Positions 1 to 9,170 of a stretch of 56,883 nt of DNA are shown piece after piece. The notes below the pieces were generated by a model. That model made no database searches, was not told the origin of the DNA, and saw nothing but the letters and a program-made list of their open reading frames with translations. A program made the position numbers and the translations under genes. Source of the DNA: a virus (taxonomy: Duplodnaviria; Caudoviricetes); IMG/VR virus record IMGVR_UViG_3300033156_001123, positions 1 to 56,883 of that record. One strand, 5' to 3'. The number at the start of each line of letters is the position of its first letter. The first letter of the stretch is position 1.

Positions 1-202
1 TCTCTCTTATTTTTTCCTGTATCTTTCTCTCCTTCTCTATATCTACTTTATCCCAATCAATGCTCTGTATCTTAATCAGCTTCTTGACCTTCTCCAAATC
101 TACTCCTTCGCTTTCTTCATACGGTGGATAATCAGGAAAAGGAAGCCCATCTACCACAAGCTCTATTTTTTTCTTCTTTACATCAATTTTATAGCCCTTC
201 AT
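1..202 (-). CDS. partial small phage protein downstream of the tail-tip genes (possible fibre assembly protein); runs off the window
   Basis: ATG at 202, right after the 204..752 stop; open to the window edge (MKGYKIDVKKKKIELVVDGLPFPDYPPYEE...). Confidence 0.6.
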   Translation of the reverse strand, partial: MKGYKIDVKKKKIELVVDGLPFPDYPPYEESEGVDLEKVKKLIKIQSIDWDKVDIEKERKIQEKIRE

Positions 203-203
203 T

Positions 204-752
204 TTAACTCCTCGGTCTTGCTAAAATAAATCTTGAGCCTGCTCCTATGCCTCCAGAGACAGATGCGCTAATACGAAGAGAAGTGATATTTGATACAGGA
301 GCAGTTTTTGAGCCAGCTCGAATATTAAGTCGCTGGTCTGAACCTGTACGATAGTTGATAACTGAGAGCCATCTAAAATACCCGTCAGGGTCTCTTGTCA
401 ATCTTACATTAAAGAAAGTCCTTTCTCCAGTTGGTATACTAATTATAGTTGGAGTATTTGATCTGACTGGACTCGTACTTGTACCAGAGACTGTAACATA
501 CTGCGTATAGTAATTTCCGAGCGTATAATCACCTTCCACAAATATATAATAAACACTGGTTTCCTCACTCGGATTCTTGAGCGTTACATCCAAATAATAC
601 TCCCAATCTTTATTTATATCCAGCCCCGTAAAATCCACATAATCGCAGTCTGAGGAAACTTCGACTTCAGCGAGGACTTGCCAACCACCTGCACCTGGAA
701 CGTGATGAGCATTCGGGTCTCTGATGTGTGCTTGTAAATCTATTAGTGCCAT
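204..752 (-). CDS. putative tail fibre/receptor-binding or minor tail protein
   Basis: beta-rich, Ser/Thr/Gly-rich 182 aa; GAGGTG RBS; follows the baseplate hub gene. Confidence 0.5.
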   Translation of the reverse strand: MALIDLQAHIRDPNAHHVPGAGGWQVLAEVEVSSDCDYVDFTGLDINKDWEYYLDVTLKNPSEETSVYYIFVEGDYTLGNYYTQYVTVSGTSTSPVRSNTPTIISIPTGERTFFNVRLTRDPDGYFRWLSVINYRTGSDQRLNIRAGSKTAPVSNITSLRISASVSGGIGAGSRFILARPRS

Positions 753-762
753 TTTTCACCTC

Positions 763-2400
763 TCAATAAAGTGGATTATGTGTACCATCTAATAAACCCC
801 AATACGGATCATCCAACCAAAAAGCAGCCAAAGCCTCATCACTAATTTCTCTTGCTTTGAATTTAACCAGACCTGTTCTCAAATCTATCGATTCAATTTC
901 TTCAACTCTTGCTGGATTTGAATTTAAATCCTTCAGCTCTTCAGTTATAGTAATATCATCACCCAGCTGAAGCAAATATCCTATCATTGTTGCCGTAATA
1001 CTCAATACTTCTAAGGGTTGTTTGTTTTTATCAACTATCCTATCAGCGTAACTTTTAGCACTCCCTGAAGTACTATGCCAGACTACTTTATTTTCAATTA
1101 CTTTTTCTTTTACTCCATAATTTGATTGACTTGTAACATCTTCTGCAGTATAGCTACCAGTAAAATCATCTGAATCTGGATCATAGCCATAATAACACAC
1201 GGTCTTGTTTATCAAGTTACCCTTATCTAAAGAAGCATCAATTTGGGTGCAATTGCTTCTATTAAAATCGATTAACTCTCCTGGTGCGTAAGGAGGTATT
1301 GGTCTCTTAAAATGAAACTTACCATCCCCATCCACCCAAATATAACTATTAGTTAATTCTGCAATCATAGACAAAGCAGTTTTAATTGTGTGTCCGGTAA
1401 ACCTGGCCTTCAATCTAAAACTCAAAGTGTCACAATCATCTTTCCACTGAGACCAAGAATCGTAGTCCATGTCCTCATTGTCAGAGCTTGCTATTGAATC
1501 CAATCCACCATAATTGGTCAGAATATCCCAGACCAAATCAGCTGGATTGTAATCAGTGCTGTAATAATTTAAAGGATTTTGTCCATACCCAAGCTCTTTT
1601 TCGAGCATAGGGAGCATTTTGTCACGAATTCTCAAGGTTACTTCAGCTTCCTTGAAAGAAGCTTCTTCCACAGTCCCTGTGAACAAAGATATATGTTCCA
1701 ATGCTTTACCTGCCCCCAGTCCCTTCTGTCCTACTAACAGATAACTGCCTCGAAGCTCCAATGTCCTTATAACTGAGCCAGTTGCTCCCACTGCTTCTAA
1801 CGCTGCAATTAAATCATCGTTATCATAAACATTTGTCCGAGGTTCATCATAAGTATTAATTATAACATTAGTCCCATTGGGTAAGCTATTTAAATAATCT
1901 TTCATAGCAGTCGCTTCATTTATATCACTATAGCAATCAAATTGTTGCGTCTCTACCCAGTTCCAATTTGCATCACACTTGGTCACTGCCCAACTTCTTT
2001 CCGTCGTATGTCGTAAGACCCCTCCTACATAGACATACCTATCCCGTGGGTTATCATCTTTGCCACTCGAAGCTACTTTAATACCTTTTTCTTCATCGAT
2101 ATAATAAATTGACGACCCATATCGTGGTCCTTTTGCTTCATAATATCCATAAAAGTAAAGCTTTAGCTGAGCGCTCTTTCCTAAATTAGTTCTATCAGCT
2201 AAAAATATATTCCAAGTTTTCTCTCTAATATTTGAGAGCTCAATTGAAGCAAATCCCAAAGTTATATCTGAACTCCGAGAAATCTGGGACACATTAAGTA
2301 AAAACTTATCATAATCATGGCCATCGAAAATAAATCTAATACGAGGATGACTAACCTTAGATTCAAGTTTATTTCTAAATTCCTCAGAGACACTCAGCAT
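763..2400 (-). CDS. baseplate hub/Tal-like protein with an inserted ILEI (GG-type lectin) domain
   Basis: second gene after the TMP; hub-like motifs (NPADLVWDILT, WVDGDGKFHF, SQSNYG); internal FDCY...YLNSLPNGTNVIINTYDEP...LEAVGA...RGSYLLVGQKG matches ILEI/FAM3-type domains. Confidence 0.7.
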   Translation of the reverse strand: MLSVSEEFRNKLESKVSHPRIRFIFDGHDYDKFLLNVSQISRSSDITLGFASIELSNIREKTWNIFLADRTNLGKSAQLKLYFYGYYEAKGPRYGSSIYYIDEEKGIKVASSGKDDNPRDRYVYVGGVLRHTTERSWAVTKCDANWNWVETQQFDCYSDINEATAMKDYLNSLPNGTNVIINTYDEPRTNVYDNDDLIAALEAVGATGSVIRTLELRGSYLLVGQKGLGAGKALEHISLFTGTVEEASFKEAEVTLRIRDKMLPMLEKELGYGQNPLNYYSTDYNPADLVWDILTNYGGLDSIASSDNEDMDYDSWSQWKDDCDTLSFRLKARFTGHTIKTALSMIAELTNSYIWVDGDGKFHFKRPIPPYAPGELIDFNRSNCTQIDASLDKGNLINKTVCYYGYDPDSDDFTGSYTAEDVTSQSNYGVKEKVIENKVVWHSTSGSAKSYADRIVDKNKQPLEVLSITATMIGYLLQLGDDITITEELKDLNSNPARVEEIESIDLRTGLVKFKAREISDEALAAFWLDDPYWGLLDGTHNPLY

Positions 2401-2768
2401 TAAATAACCTCCCTTAATATCAGTTCACCTTCGAAATAAGTTTCCCAGCCAGGGTCAAACATTGCTTGTAATGGTCTTTCTTCATTGATAATTCTAACAC
2501 TGATGCTATCTGTAGGATCATATTTTAAATCTGGATAAAAAGTTAACTTCGTTAAATTCTGCCACCAGTCTACAAATGTATCTCTATCAGTTCTGCTTAT
2601 TTTTGTTACAGGTACAATATACTTCCTTTTATTGCCCCATTCGTAAATATAGAGCTCACCATCTAAAGTTTTGTGAGCAGTTCTTGGTCTATCTTCAGGT
2701 ACTTCAAAACCTTTAGCAGGAGAAAATTCTATTGAAATAACTCCATCAGTTAATTTCATTACTCTCAT
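2400..2768 (-). CDS. distal tail (Dit-like) protein
   Basis: 122 aa between TMP and hub; HKTLDG...YEWG motif typical of this position. Confidence 0.55.
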   Translation of the reverse strand: MRVMKLTDGVISIEFSPAKGFEVPEDRPRTAHKTLDGELYIYEWGNKRKYIVPVTKISRTDRDTFVDWWQNLTKLTFYPDLKYDPTDSISVRIINEERPLQAMFDPGWETYFEGELILREVI

Positions 2769-5700
2769 TTTGCCACCAGCTCCCCAACTAAGTCTGAGGA
2801 TAAAATACCAGATCTTGCAGCATCTTTAATGGCAGGAATAAATTTTAGCCTGAATATGCGATTTATCTTGCTCTGGTCCAAATTCTCTAAATCAACATTT
2901 GGCAATTCTATAGTTACATTAATATCGCCAAATCTTATAATGTTACCAGCTCTCCCTCCAATCAATTTGACTGGCACTGCTCCTCCTTCTAAAGGAATAA
3001 TTGCTTCTGGTCTTCCTCCTTCTCCAACCAACCCTAAAGTCGGTTTAGTTACTACTGCTCCTCCTTGTGCTTCTAATGGTTCAAACCCACCTTTTGCTAT
3101 TCCTCCTTTTTCAAAACCAATAATCCCTGCTACGAGCCTGCCAATTCCTGCAACCACTGCTCCAGCAGCTGCCAGACCTAAAATCGGACCTACAAAAGGA
3201 ATTCCTGCAAAAGCTGCATACGCTGCAGCTGCTGCTTTTGCTGTGAACAAAGCTATCTCTTTCATAACAGTGAAAACAGTTTTAGCCAGCATAACTCCCA
3301 TAGCCCACACGTGTTTAGCTACAATTGCTAAAATAGATTTCTCTTCTACTTTCTGTCTGGTCTTTGCACCTGCAATTGTAGCAAGAGTCATCATTACTTG
3401 TTTAGCTATCCATTCACTTGCCATTTCAGCAACACTGCGGTAAAAAGATGTTTTAATTTCTTCCCAAATGCCATTCCAAAAATTCTCCCAGGTAGTCATA
3501 CCTCTCATCCATTCTTCAACTACAGGCACAAATCTACCTTTCATATCCTCATAGAATCCTGCAAACATTTCTCTCCAAGTAATAGTACTTTCGAGAATTT
3601 CGTCCGTAACTTCTCCAAGAGCAGTCTTTACCGGTGCAGTAATTTTCTCCCACTCATAGAATTTTTCGTAAAATTTACTTACACTACCTCTGGCTCTGTC
3701 CATTGCTCCAATTAAAGAATCTGTTGCTACAATCGTCGTACTAATTCCATATGCAGGTGCCTCTGGAAATTTACGAGACATCAAATCGTACATCTCACCC
3801 CAAGATTGTCTCGCTCCTTCCATCCAGTAAATAAACTCAGAGCCTTTTTCACTGACATCGGATAAGCCATAAGCTGGTGCTTCAGGAAACTTTCGGAAGA
3901 AAAGATTATAAAACTCCTGCCACGCTAATCGTGATTTTTCAATATAAGTAGCAAAATCTTTAGCCAATTCAATAAGCGTTGAAATTCCATACGCAGGAGC
4001 TTCTGGGAATTTGCGGGATAAAACATCGTAAAATTCTTTCCAAGCCATTCTTGCCTTCTCAATATGGACAGCGAAATCCTTAGATTTCTCTGTAATATCT
4101 GGAATACCGTATGCAGGAGGCTCAGGAAACTTTCTGGACATAAGATTATACATCTCCTGATATTCTTGCCTTGCTCCTTCGATATATACAGCAAAGTCTT
4201 TGGATAATTCTATGATGTTTGAAATACCATATGCTGGAGGTTCAGGAAACTTACGAGATAGAATATTATAGAACTCTTGCCAGCCTAATCTCGCACTTTC
4301 TACCCAAATAGCAAAATCTTTAAGTTTTTCTGTAACATCTGAGATACCATAAGCTGGAGATTCGGGAAACTTTCTGGACATAAGGTCGTACATTTCTTGA
4401 TATTTTCCTCTTGCTTCTTCAATATATATAGCAAAGTCCTTAGCCAAAGCCATAGTTGTGCTAAAACCATAAGCTGGAGCATCAGGGAATTTACGAGACA
4501 TTAGGTCATACATTTCTTGATATGCCAGCCTTGCTTCCTCAATATAATCAGCGAAGTCTTTAGACAGAAGTATAAGTCCAGCAAGCCCATAAGCTGGAGT
4601 TTCTGGAAATTTACGAAGTAATAGTTCATAGAACATCTGCCATTCTACTCTCGATTCTTCCACCCATTCAGCAAGTTCTAATCCTATTATTGACTCTATA
4701 TTCTCGTCTAATTTCACAAGTTCTTTATTCAAATTGCTCAATTCTCTCTTAAATTTTCCAGATTCTTCTGCTCCTTGACCAAATTCATCAGCAAGCTGGC
4801 TTGTGCTATTGGCAGCATCTAAAGCTGATTTTGAAGTTTCATTTATATTTTTTTCAACTTCTTCTAAGCGATTTTCAAGAATTGTAAAAGCTTTATCAAC
4901 ACTTACTCCCACCATTTTAGGTAACTTTTCAGTTACTGGCTTGAAGCCCTCTAATAAAGGAGTCCAATCAGGAGGTTCAATCTTCTTAAACCAGTTTTTA
5001 GGATTTAATTTCTTTATTACCCAGCCGACCCAAGATGTAATATTTTTGCCTAAATTAGTAAAAACAGTTAGCACTGCCTTACCAGCATCAATGAATATAT
5101 TTGGGAAATTACTTATAAACCAATCAATAAAATTCCCAATATTGATACCAACTGATTTAAAACTTTCAATTATTATTCTACCAAACCATTCAATATATGC
5201 ACCTGCTTTCTGAACAGACTTTCTAAAAGTTTCACTCCTCTGATATAACAGATACAAACCAGCAGCTGCTGCTGTAAGTCCTAATATAATCCACCCGCCA
5301 GGTCCCATTCCAGCAAAAGCTGTCATCAATGCTGGACCTAACTTTGATAAAACTGAAATAAAGAAACCTATTGCCCCTACAGTTTTCATTATTGTAGGAG
5401 CCATCATTAATAAAGACCCACCAACTGCTAATAACCCTCCCAGTACTATAGCAAATTTAATAAGCGCTGAAGTAAGCTTAGGATGAGCTTTTGTCCACTC
5501 TCCAATGCTTCTAACTATGTCCTTTATATCTGCAATCATAGGAGTCAAAGTAGGTAATAATACATCACCAAGGACTAATTGCACTTCTTCAACTGCTGAT
5601 TTTAACAATTTTAAGGTGCCTTGCCATGTATTAATTTGTCTTTCTGCCATCTCAGCAGCTTTATTCGTCCCTGTAATTCTATCCTCAAGTTCTTTAAGAG

Positions 5701-6631
5701 CTTCAGAGCCAGTAGCTAACATCCTTACCATTGCAGGTCCAGCTCTTAATCCAAACAATTTCATCGTTTGTTCAGTAGTAATACCAGCTTTGTTTAATGT
5801 TTCAATTATTTCAGTAAATTTGTGTGTAGTTGGTGACACATCTTCGATAGTAAGATTTAATTCAGCTAAAGTATCTCTCATTTCTTTGGTAGGATCCATT
5901 AATCTACTTAAAGCTCCTCTGAGAGCAGTACCTGCCATACTGGCATCTATACCAGCATTATATAATACACCTAATGCAGCTGCTGTTTCTTCCAAAGTAT
6001 AACCTAAACCAGCTGCCACAGGGCCGACATACTGCATAGAAATTCCTAATCTGTCCATTGTAGCTTGTGAAGAGCCTATTATTGCTGCAAAAGTATTGGC
6101 TACCTTAGTAGCATCTTCCGCTTGCATTTCAAATTGATTTAAAGTAGAAACTACTATTCTTGTTGTTTCAGCTAAATCATATTGTGTAGCAGCAGCGAGA
6201 TCCAAAGTTCCTGGTAAAGCCTTCATCATTTTATTAACATCATACCCAGCACTGGCCAAGTAATACATAGCATCAGCTGCTTCAGAAGCAGAGAATACAG
6301 TATCAGCTCCCATTTTCCTGGCAAATTCGCTCAATTCTTTCATTTGTTCAGAAGTAGCTCCAGCGACAGCACCAACATTTGCCATAGAATATTCAAATTT
6401 CCCAGCAGTATGTAAAGCAAATCCTAAACCAGCGACAATTGCTCCACCAGCTACAGTAGCTGCAAGCCCCATACTTCTGAAGTGCTGCTCGTTCTTTTTA
6501 ACGAAATCCCTTAGTCCTTTAGATTTTATTTCAGCTTGTTCGACTTTACTGCTATAATCTCTTAAAGGTTTACTGTAAGCATCAATAATTGCTAACTTGA
6601 GACCAAAACCTTCTCCAATATTAACAGGCAA
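2765..6631 (-). CDS. tail tape measure protein (TP901-type core)
   Basis: 1288 aa; FSASEAADAMYYLASAG, GIDASMAGTALR core; hydrophobic segments; C-terminal GEGGRPEAIIPL; follows the tail chaperones. Confidence 0.95.
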   Translation of the reverse strand: MPVNIGEGFGLKLAIIDAYSKPLRDYSSKVEQAEIKSKGLRDFVKKNEQHFRSMGLAATVAGGAIVAGLGFALHTAGKFEYSMANVGAVAGATSEQMKELSEFARKMGADTVFSASEAADAMYYLASAGYDVNKMMKALPGTLDLAAATQYDLAETTRIVVSTLNQFEMQAEDATKVANTFAAIIGSSQATMDRLGISMQYVGPVAAGLGYTLEETAAALGVLYNAGIDASMAGTALRGALSRLMDPTKEMRDTLAELNLTIEDVSPTTHKFTEIIETLNKAGITTEQTMKLFGLRAGPAMVRMLATGSEALKELEDRITGTNKAAEMAERQINTWQGTLKLLKSAVEEVQLVLGDVLLPTLTPMIADIKDIVRSIGEWTKAHPKLTSALIKFAIVLGGLLAVGGSLLMMAPTIMKTVGAIGFFISVLSKLGPALMTAFAGMGPGGWIILGLTAAAAGLYLLYQRSETFRKSVQKAGAYIEWFGRIIIESFKSVGINIGNFIDWFISNFPNIFIDAGKAVLTVFTNLGKNITSWVGWVIKKLNPKNWFKKIEPPDWTPLLEGFKPVTEKLPKMVGVSVDKAFTILENRLEEVEKNINETSKSALDAANSTSQLADEFGQGAEESGKFKRELSNLNKELVKLDENIESIIGLELAEWVEESRVEWQMFYELLLRKFPETPAYGLAGLILLSKDFADYIEEARLAYQEMYDLMSRKFPDAPAYGFSTTMALAKDFAIYIEEARGKYQEMYDLMSRKFPESPAYGISDVTEKLKDFAIWVESARLGWQEFYNILSRKFPEPPAYGISNIIELSKDFAVYIEGARQEYQEMYNLMSRKFPEPPAYGIPDITEKSKDFAVHIEKARMAWKEFYDVLSRKFPEAPAYGISTLIELAKDFATYIEKSRLAWQEFYNLFFRKFPEAPAYGLSDVSEKGSEFIYWMEGARQSWGEMYDLMSRKFPEAPAYGISTTIVATDSLIGAMDRARGSVSKFYEKFYEWEKITAPVKTALGEVTDEILESTITWREMFAGFYEDMKGRFVPVVEEWMRGMTTWENFWNGIWEEIKTSFYRSVAEMASEWIAKQVMMTLATIAGAKTRQKVEEKSILAIVAKHVWAMGVMLAKTVFTVMKEIALFTAKAAAAAYAAFAGIPFVGPILGLAAAGAVVAGIGRLVAGIIGFEKGGIAKGGFEPLEAQGGAVVTKPTLGLVGEGGRPEAIIPLEGGAVPVKLIGGRAGNIIRFGDINVTIELPNVDLENLDQSKINRIFRLKFIPAIKDAARSGILSSDLVGELVAK
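3726..4685 (-). repeat. eight tandem 120-bp (40-aa) coding repeats in the tape measure protein
   Basis: RKFPExPAYG recurs with an exact 120-nt period (PAYG codons near 3747, 3867 ... 4587). Confidence 0.95.
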
Positions 6632-6874
6632 CTAAAACCTCCCCCTCCTATATAATCCTTTGCTCCTTTCCTCAGCTTCTCTTAACTTCTGTTCTAACCT
6701 CATTTCTTTTTCTCTTTTCTTTCTTTCTTCTTCTAACTTTTCATTTCTCCACTTGTCATAATATTTCCATTCTACAAATTCCTTGGCACTCATTCGCATC
6801 CCTAATTCAGCTCGGGTCATGCCTAATCTTTCAGCTAATACAAAAGAGTAAATAAAATCTTCATCTGTCTCAAA
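6632..6874 (-). CDS. tail assembly chaperone C-terminal extension (lambda gpT-like), reached by +1 frameshift
   Basis: +1 frame is open from the chaperone stop: FETDEDFIYSFVLAERLGMTRAELGMRMSAKEFVEW, a typical gpT-like motif that starts upstream of the listed ATG. Confidence 0.8.
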   Translation of the reverse strand, partial: FETDEDFIYSFVLAERLGMTRAELGMRMSAKEFVEWKYYDKWRNEKLEEERKKREKEMRLEQKLREAEERSKGLYRRGRF

Positions 6875-6884
6875 ACCTACTCCT
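6870..6884 (-). promoter_or_regulatory. prfB-like +1 programmed frameshift cassette AGG AGU AGG UUU UGA
   Basis: internal SD, 3-nt spacer, then UUU-U overlapping UGA; the +1 frame carries the conserved gpT-like sequence. Confidence 0.7.
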
Positions 6885-7250
6885 TAAAGCTTCCTCCATT
6901 TCAGCTCCAAAACCAGAGAGCTCAGTTATTTTTCTTGTGATTCTATCCAGCACTGAAGCATTCTTTTCTCTCAATTTTTTAATGTCAGCTTTAGTGAATA
7001 CTTGGTTACCATCTTTATCCCTAATACCAACTATCAATACGGCCATTTGAAAATTTTCTCCTCTTTTTAGCTCATCTTCATCTCCAGTTCTGGCTGCTTC
7101 TAATGCTTCGCTTCTTTCTTGCTGAGTGAGTGATTTAATCCAAATAGTCACTCCCCATTCCTCAATTTTCATTGGCTCAAATTTAATGTCTTTTGCTGTG
7201 AAAATTTTCTCTCTAAGTTCCTCAGCTGTTAAATCTTTTTTTGCTGTCAT
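6870..7250 (-). CDS. tail assembly chaperone (gpG-like)
   Basis: IEEWGVTIWIKSLT...DKDGNQVFT...LREKNASVLDRI...ELSG; lies between tail tube and TMP. Confidence 0.85.
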   Translation of the reverse strand: MTAKKDLTAEELREKIFTAKDIKFEPMKIEEWGVTIWIKSLTQQERSEALEAARTGDEDELKRGENFQMAVLIVGIRDKDGNQVFTKADIKKLREKNASVLDRITRKITELSGFGAEMEEALRSRF

Positions 7251-7261
7251 TATTCTCTCCT

Positions 7262-7570
7262 TTAATAATTTATAAATCGTGGAGGCTCAGTAGCAACAAA
7301 AATCAATCTTGATTTTAATGTTTTACCAACTTGTGGCTGACCTCTGGGTTTACATTTAATTAATATCTTGCTGGGTCCAGCCAATAGAGATAACTCATAT
7401 TCACAGTCAGGCTCATACCAATATTCATTAAAATAGTATGAATCTACTTGAACTTCTATAGGATTTCCAGTCATTGAAAACTCCCATCCACCAACATTGC
7501 CTACTACCAAGCCTCCACGTAATATATGACCAATTTTTCCTTTAATTATAGACTCACCTAACACATTCAC
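7262..7570 (-). CDS. hypothetical tail protein (possible degenerate tail-tube paralog)
   Basis: IKGKIGHI...VGNVGGWEFS resembles the tail-tube N-terminus VHGKGGYL...VDQLHGWSLS. Confidence 0.5.
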   Translation of the reverse strand: MNVLGESIIKGKIGHILRGGLVVGNVGGWEFSMTGNPIEVQVDSYYFNEYWYEPDCEYELSLLAGPSKILIKCKPRGQPQVGKTLKSRLIFVATEPPRFINY

Positions 7571-7578
7571 CTCCTAAA

Positions 7579-7977
7579 CTAAAAACCAGATTCGTGTAAC
7601 TGTCCAACTCCAGTCAAAGTCCCCGAAATATCAATAGCACCATCCACAGGCACATCAAGATCAAAATCACACCAAGCATCACCATAAAAATATTTGGTCA
7701 AATCACTTTTTTCTGGATACAGATACACATCTTTTTCAGTAGTAGAATTCACCACATCATAAAACTTACCCACATTAGCTCTATCATAATAAGCAGAGAA
7801 ACTACCAGACCAGCTACCCTGACCTCTCACTGAATCTTTATATTCTTCTCCCTGCTGTGGTGTATCAACTATATCTCTGGAAAAACTTAGGCTCCAACCA
7901 TGTAGCTGATCTACCACTCCTATCCCTTCAATAATCAAATACCCACCTTTTCCGTGAACTTTAGAAATTTTAACCAC
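7579..7977 (-). CDS. major tail tube protein (possible AUU start at 7968)
   Basis: SKVHGK...WSLSFSRDIVDT...GQGSWSGSFSAYYD...GTLTGVGQL siphoviral tube pattern; upstream of the chaperones. Confidence 0.85.
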   Translation of the reverse strand: MVKISKVHGKGGYLIIEGIGVVDQLHGWSLSFSRDIVDTPQQGEEYKDSVRGQGSWSGSFSAYYDRANVGKFYDVVNSTTEKDVYLYPEKSDLTKYFYGDAWCDFDLDVPVDGAIDISGTLTGVGQLHESGF

Positions 7978-8008
7978 CCCCTTTTAATTTTTGAAACATT
8001 TTATTCTT

Positions 8009-9170
8009 CTATAATTTAACAAGTTGTAAAAGCTTTTCAGCTCTATTTAAATATGTGTGTTTCTTAATTTTTCTGTTACCATTTTGAGCAATTTTTTTTC
8101 TTTCTTCTTCATGCTCCAAATAATAAAATATCTTTTCAGCTGCATCTTTAGCGTCTTTATAAATCACAAGATCCTCACCAGGAACAAACAAGTCATCAAT
8201 TTCTTTCCTATAATCAGTCATTAAGAAACCACCAGCAGCCAATATTTCATATACTCTGGGATTTAAGCTGTAAGGCTCTATCTCTTCAACTCGGCTTTCT
8301 CCAGTTTTAATATTCCTTACTATTTTTTTGGACTCATTAACTCTAAAATGATTCAATACTATTTTTGAATTAGCATAGTACCGAATAACTTCATACTTGC
8401 TCAATGTAATTGGAATATAAAAAGGTTCCAACTGTGGACACAGTCCCTTATCCATAGAAGGGAACACTCCAAAAATTTTAAAAGCTACTTTCCCTTTAAT
8501 ATAAGAGACCAAGTCTGTCAAGAATTCAATTCTTCCAGGTACCTCAGATCCTACAAAAAACAAATCTGGGGTATATACAATTTGTTCCCATCTTTTCAGC
8601 TCAGTTTTCCATTCATAGTGTGAATTATAACCTACTGGCAAATAATAACTATTCGGATTGAATCTACGATATATTTTTTCACAAGCTTTATCACAAGTAA
8701 ACACATAATCATATAATGGTGCTCTTTGAATTTCATGGGCAATATTATAAGGTGATTCTGTAAACCAGATAACCTGTTTCATATGAGGAAATCTCTCCTT
8801 AATCAAAGCTGGCACCCAAGCTGGTATATATTGACCTGTGATATAAATTATCAACTTTGGCCAAAGATGAACAACTGTAGTTATTAATCCTTGGCAAGCT
8901 GCCGAGTAAACATCCTTCCAAGCAACCCTATCATCAGTGCCTTTTAAAAAATATTGCACTGCTTGACGATAAAACTTCAGTCTATCCTTTAGCTCAAAAG
9001 GATATACTTCCTGTCCCATCATTTTAAGAGCATCTCCCAATCCATAATAAACATCCACAGTACTAATACCATGGCCTTTTTCAGCCAGGCTCAACAAGCA
9101 AGATTTTAAATTTCTTGCTGGCTGAGCCTGGTTTGAACGCCTCCTTTTTGCTATTTTTTATCATTGACAT
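8009..9170 (-). CDS. CgeB-like GT-B glycosyltransferase; 29-codon N-terminus (9170..9084) joined to the main ORF across a 10-nt gap
   Basis: C-terminal FVGS...YANSKIVLN...NPRVYEILAAGGFLMTD...HTYLNRA; the first-strand motif KILLVEPG lies in a separate upstream frame with an AAGGAG RBS. Confidence 0.8.
9074..9131 (-). promoter_or_regulatory. candidate translational-bypass element: 18-bp hairpin, take-off GGC, UGA, AAAA, landing GGC
   Basis: CCAGGCTCA/TGAGCCTGG and AGCAAGA/TCTTGCT arms; matched GGC codons at 9086-9084 and 9076-9074 flank the stop. Confidence 0.6.

Noticed and set aside
3726-4685. 120-bp periodic array as a CRISPR or ncRNA array
   Set aside because: In-frame; variation is concentrated at synonymous positions; no constant repeat/unique spacer structure; no cas genes
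2829-6002. Long plus-strand ORFs opposite the TMP (and similar ones elsewhere)
   Set aside because: Antisense shadows of minus-strand genes; no RBS or recognisable motifs
6629-6646. Second prfB-like string AGG GGG AGG UUU UAG at the end of the chaperone extension
   Set aside because: The +1 frame closes after about 14 codons; the G-rich run is explained as the RBS for the TMP TTG start
7570-7590. Frameshift extension of the tail tube at GGU UUU UAG
   Set aside because: Both shifted frames stop before joining the next ORF
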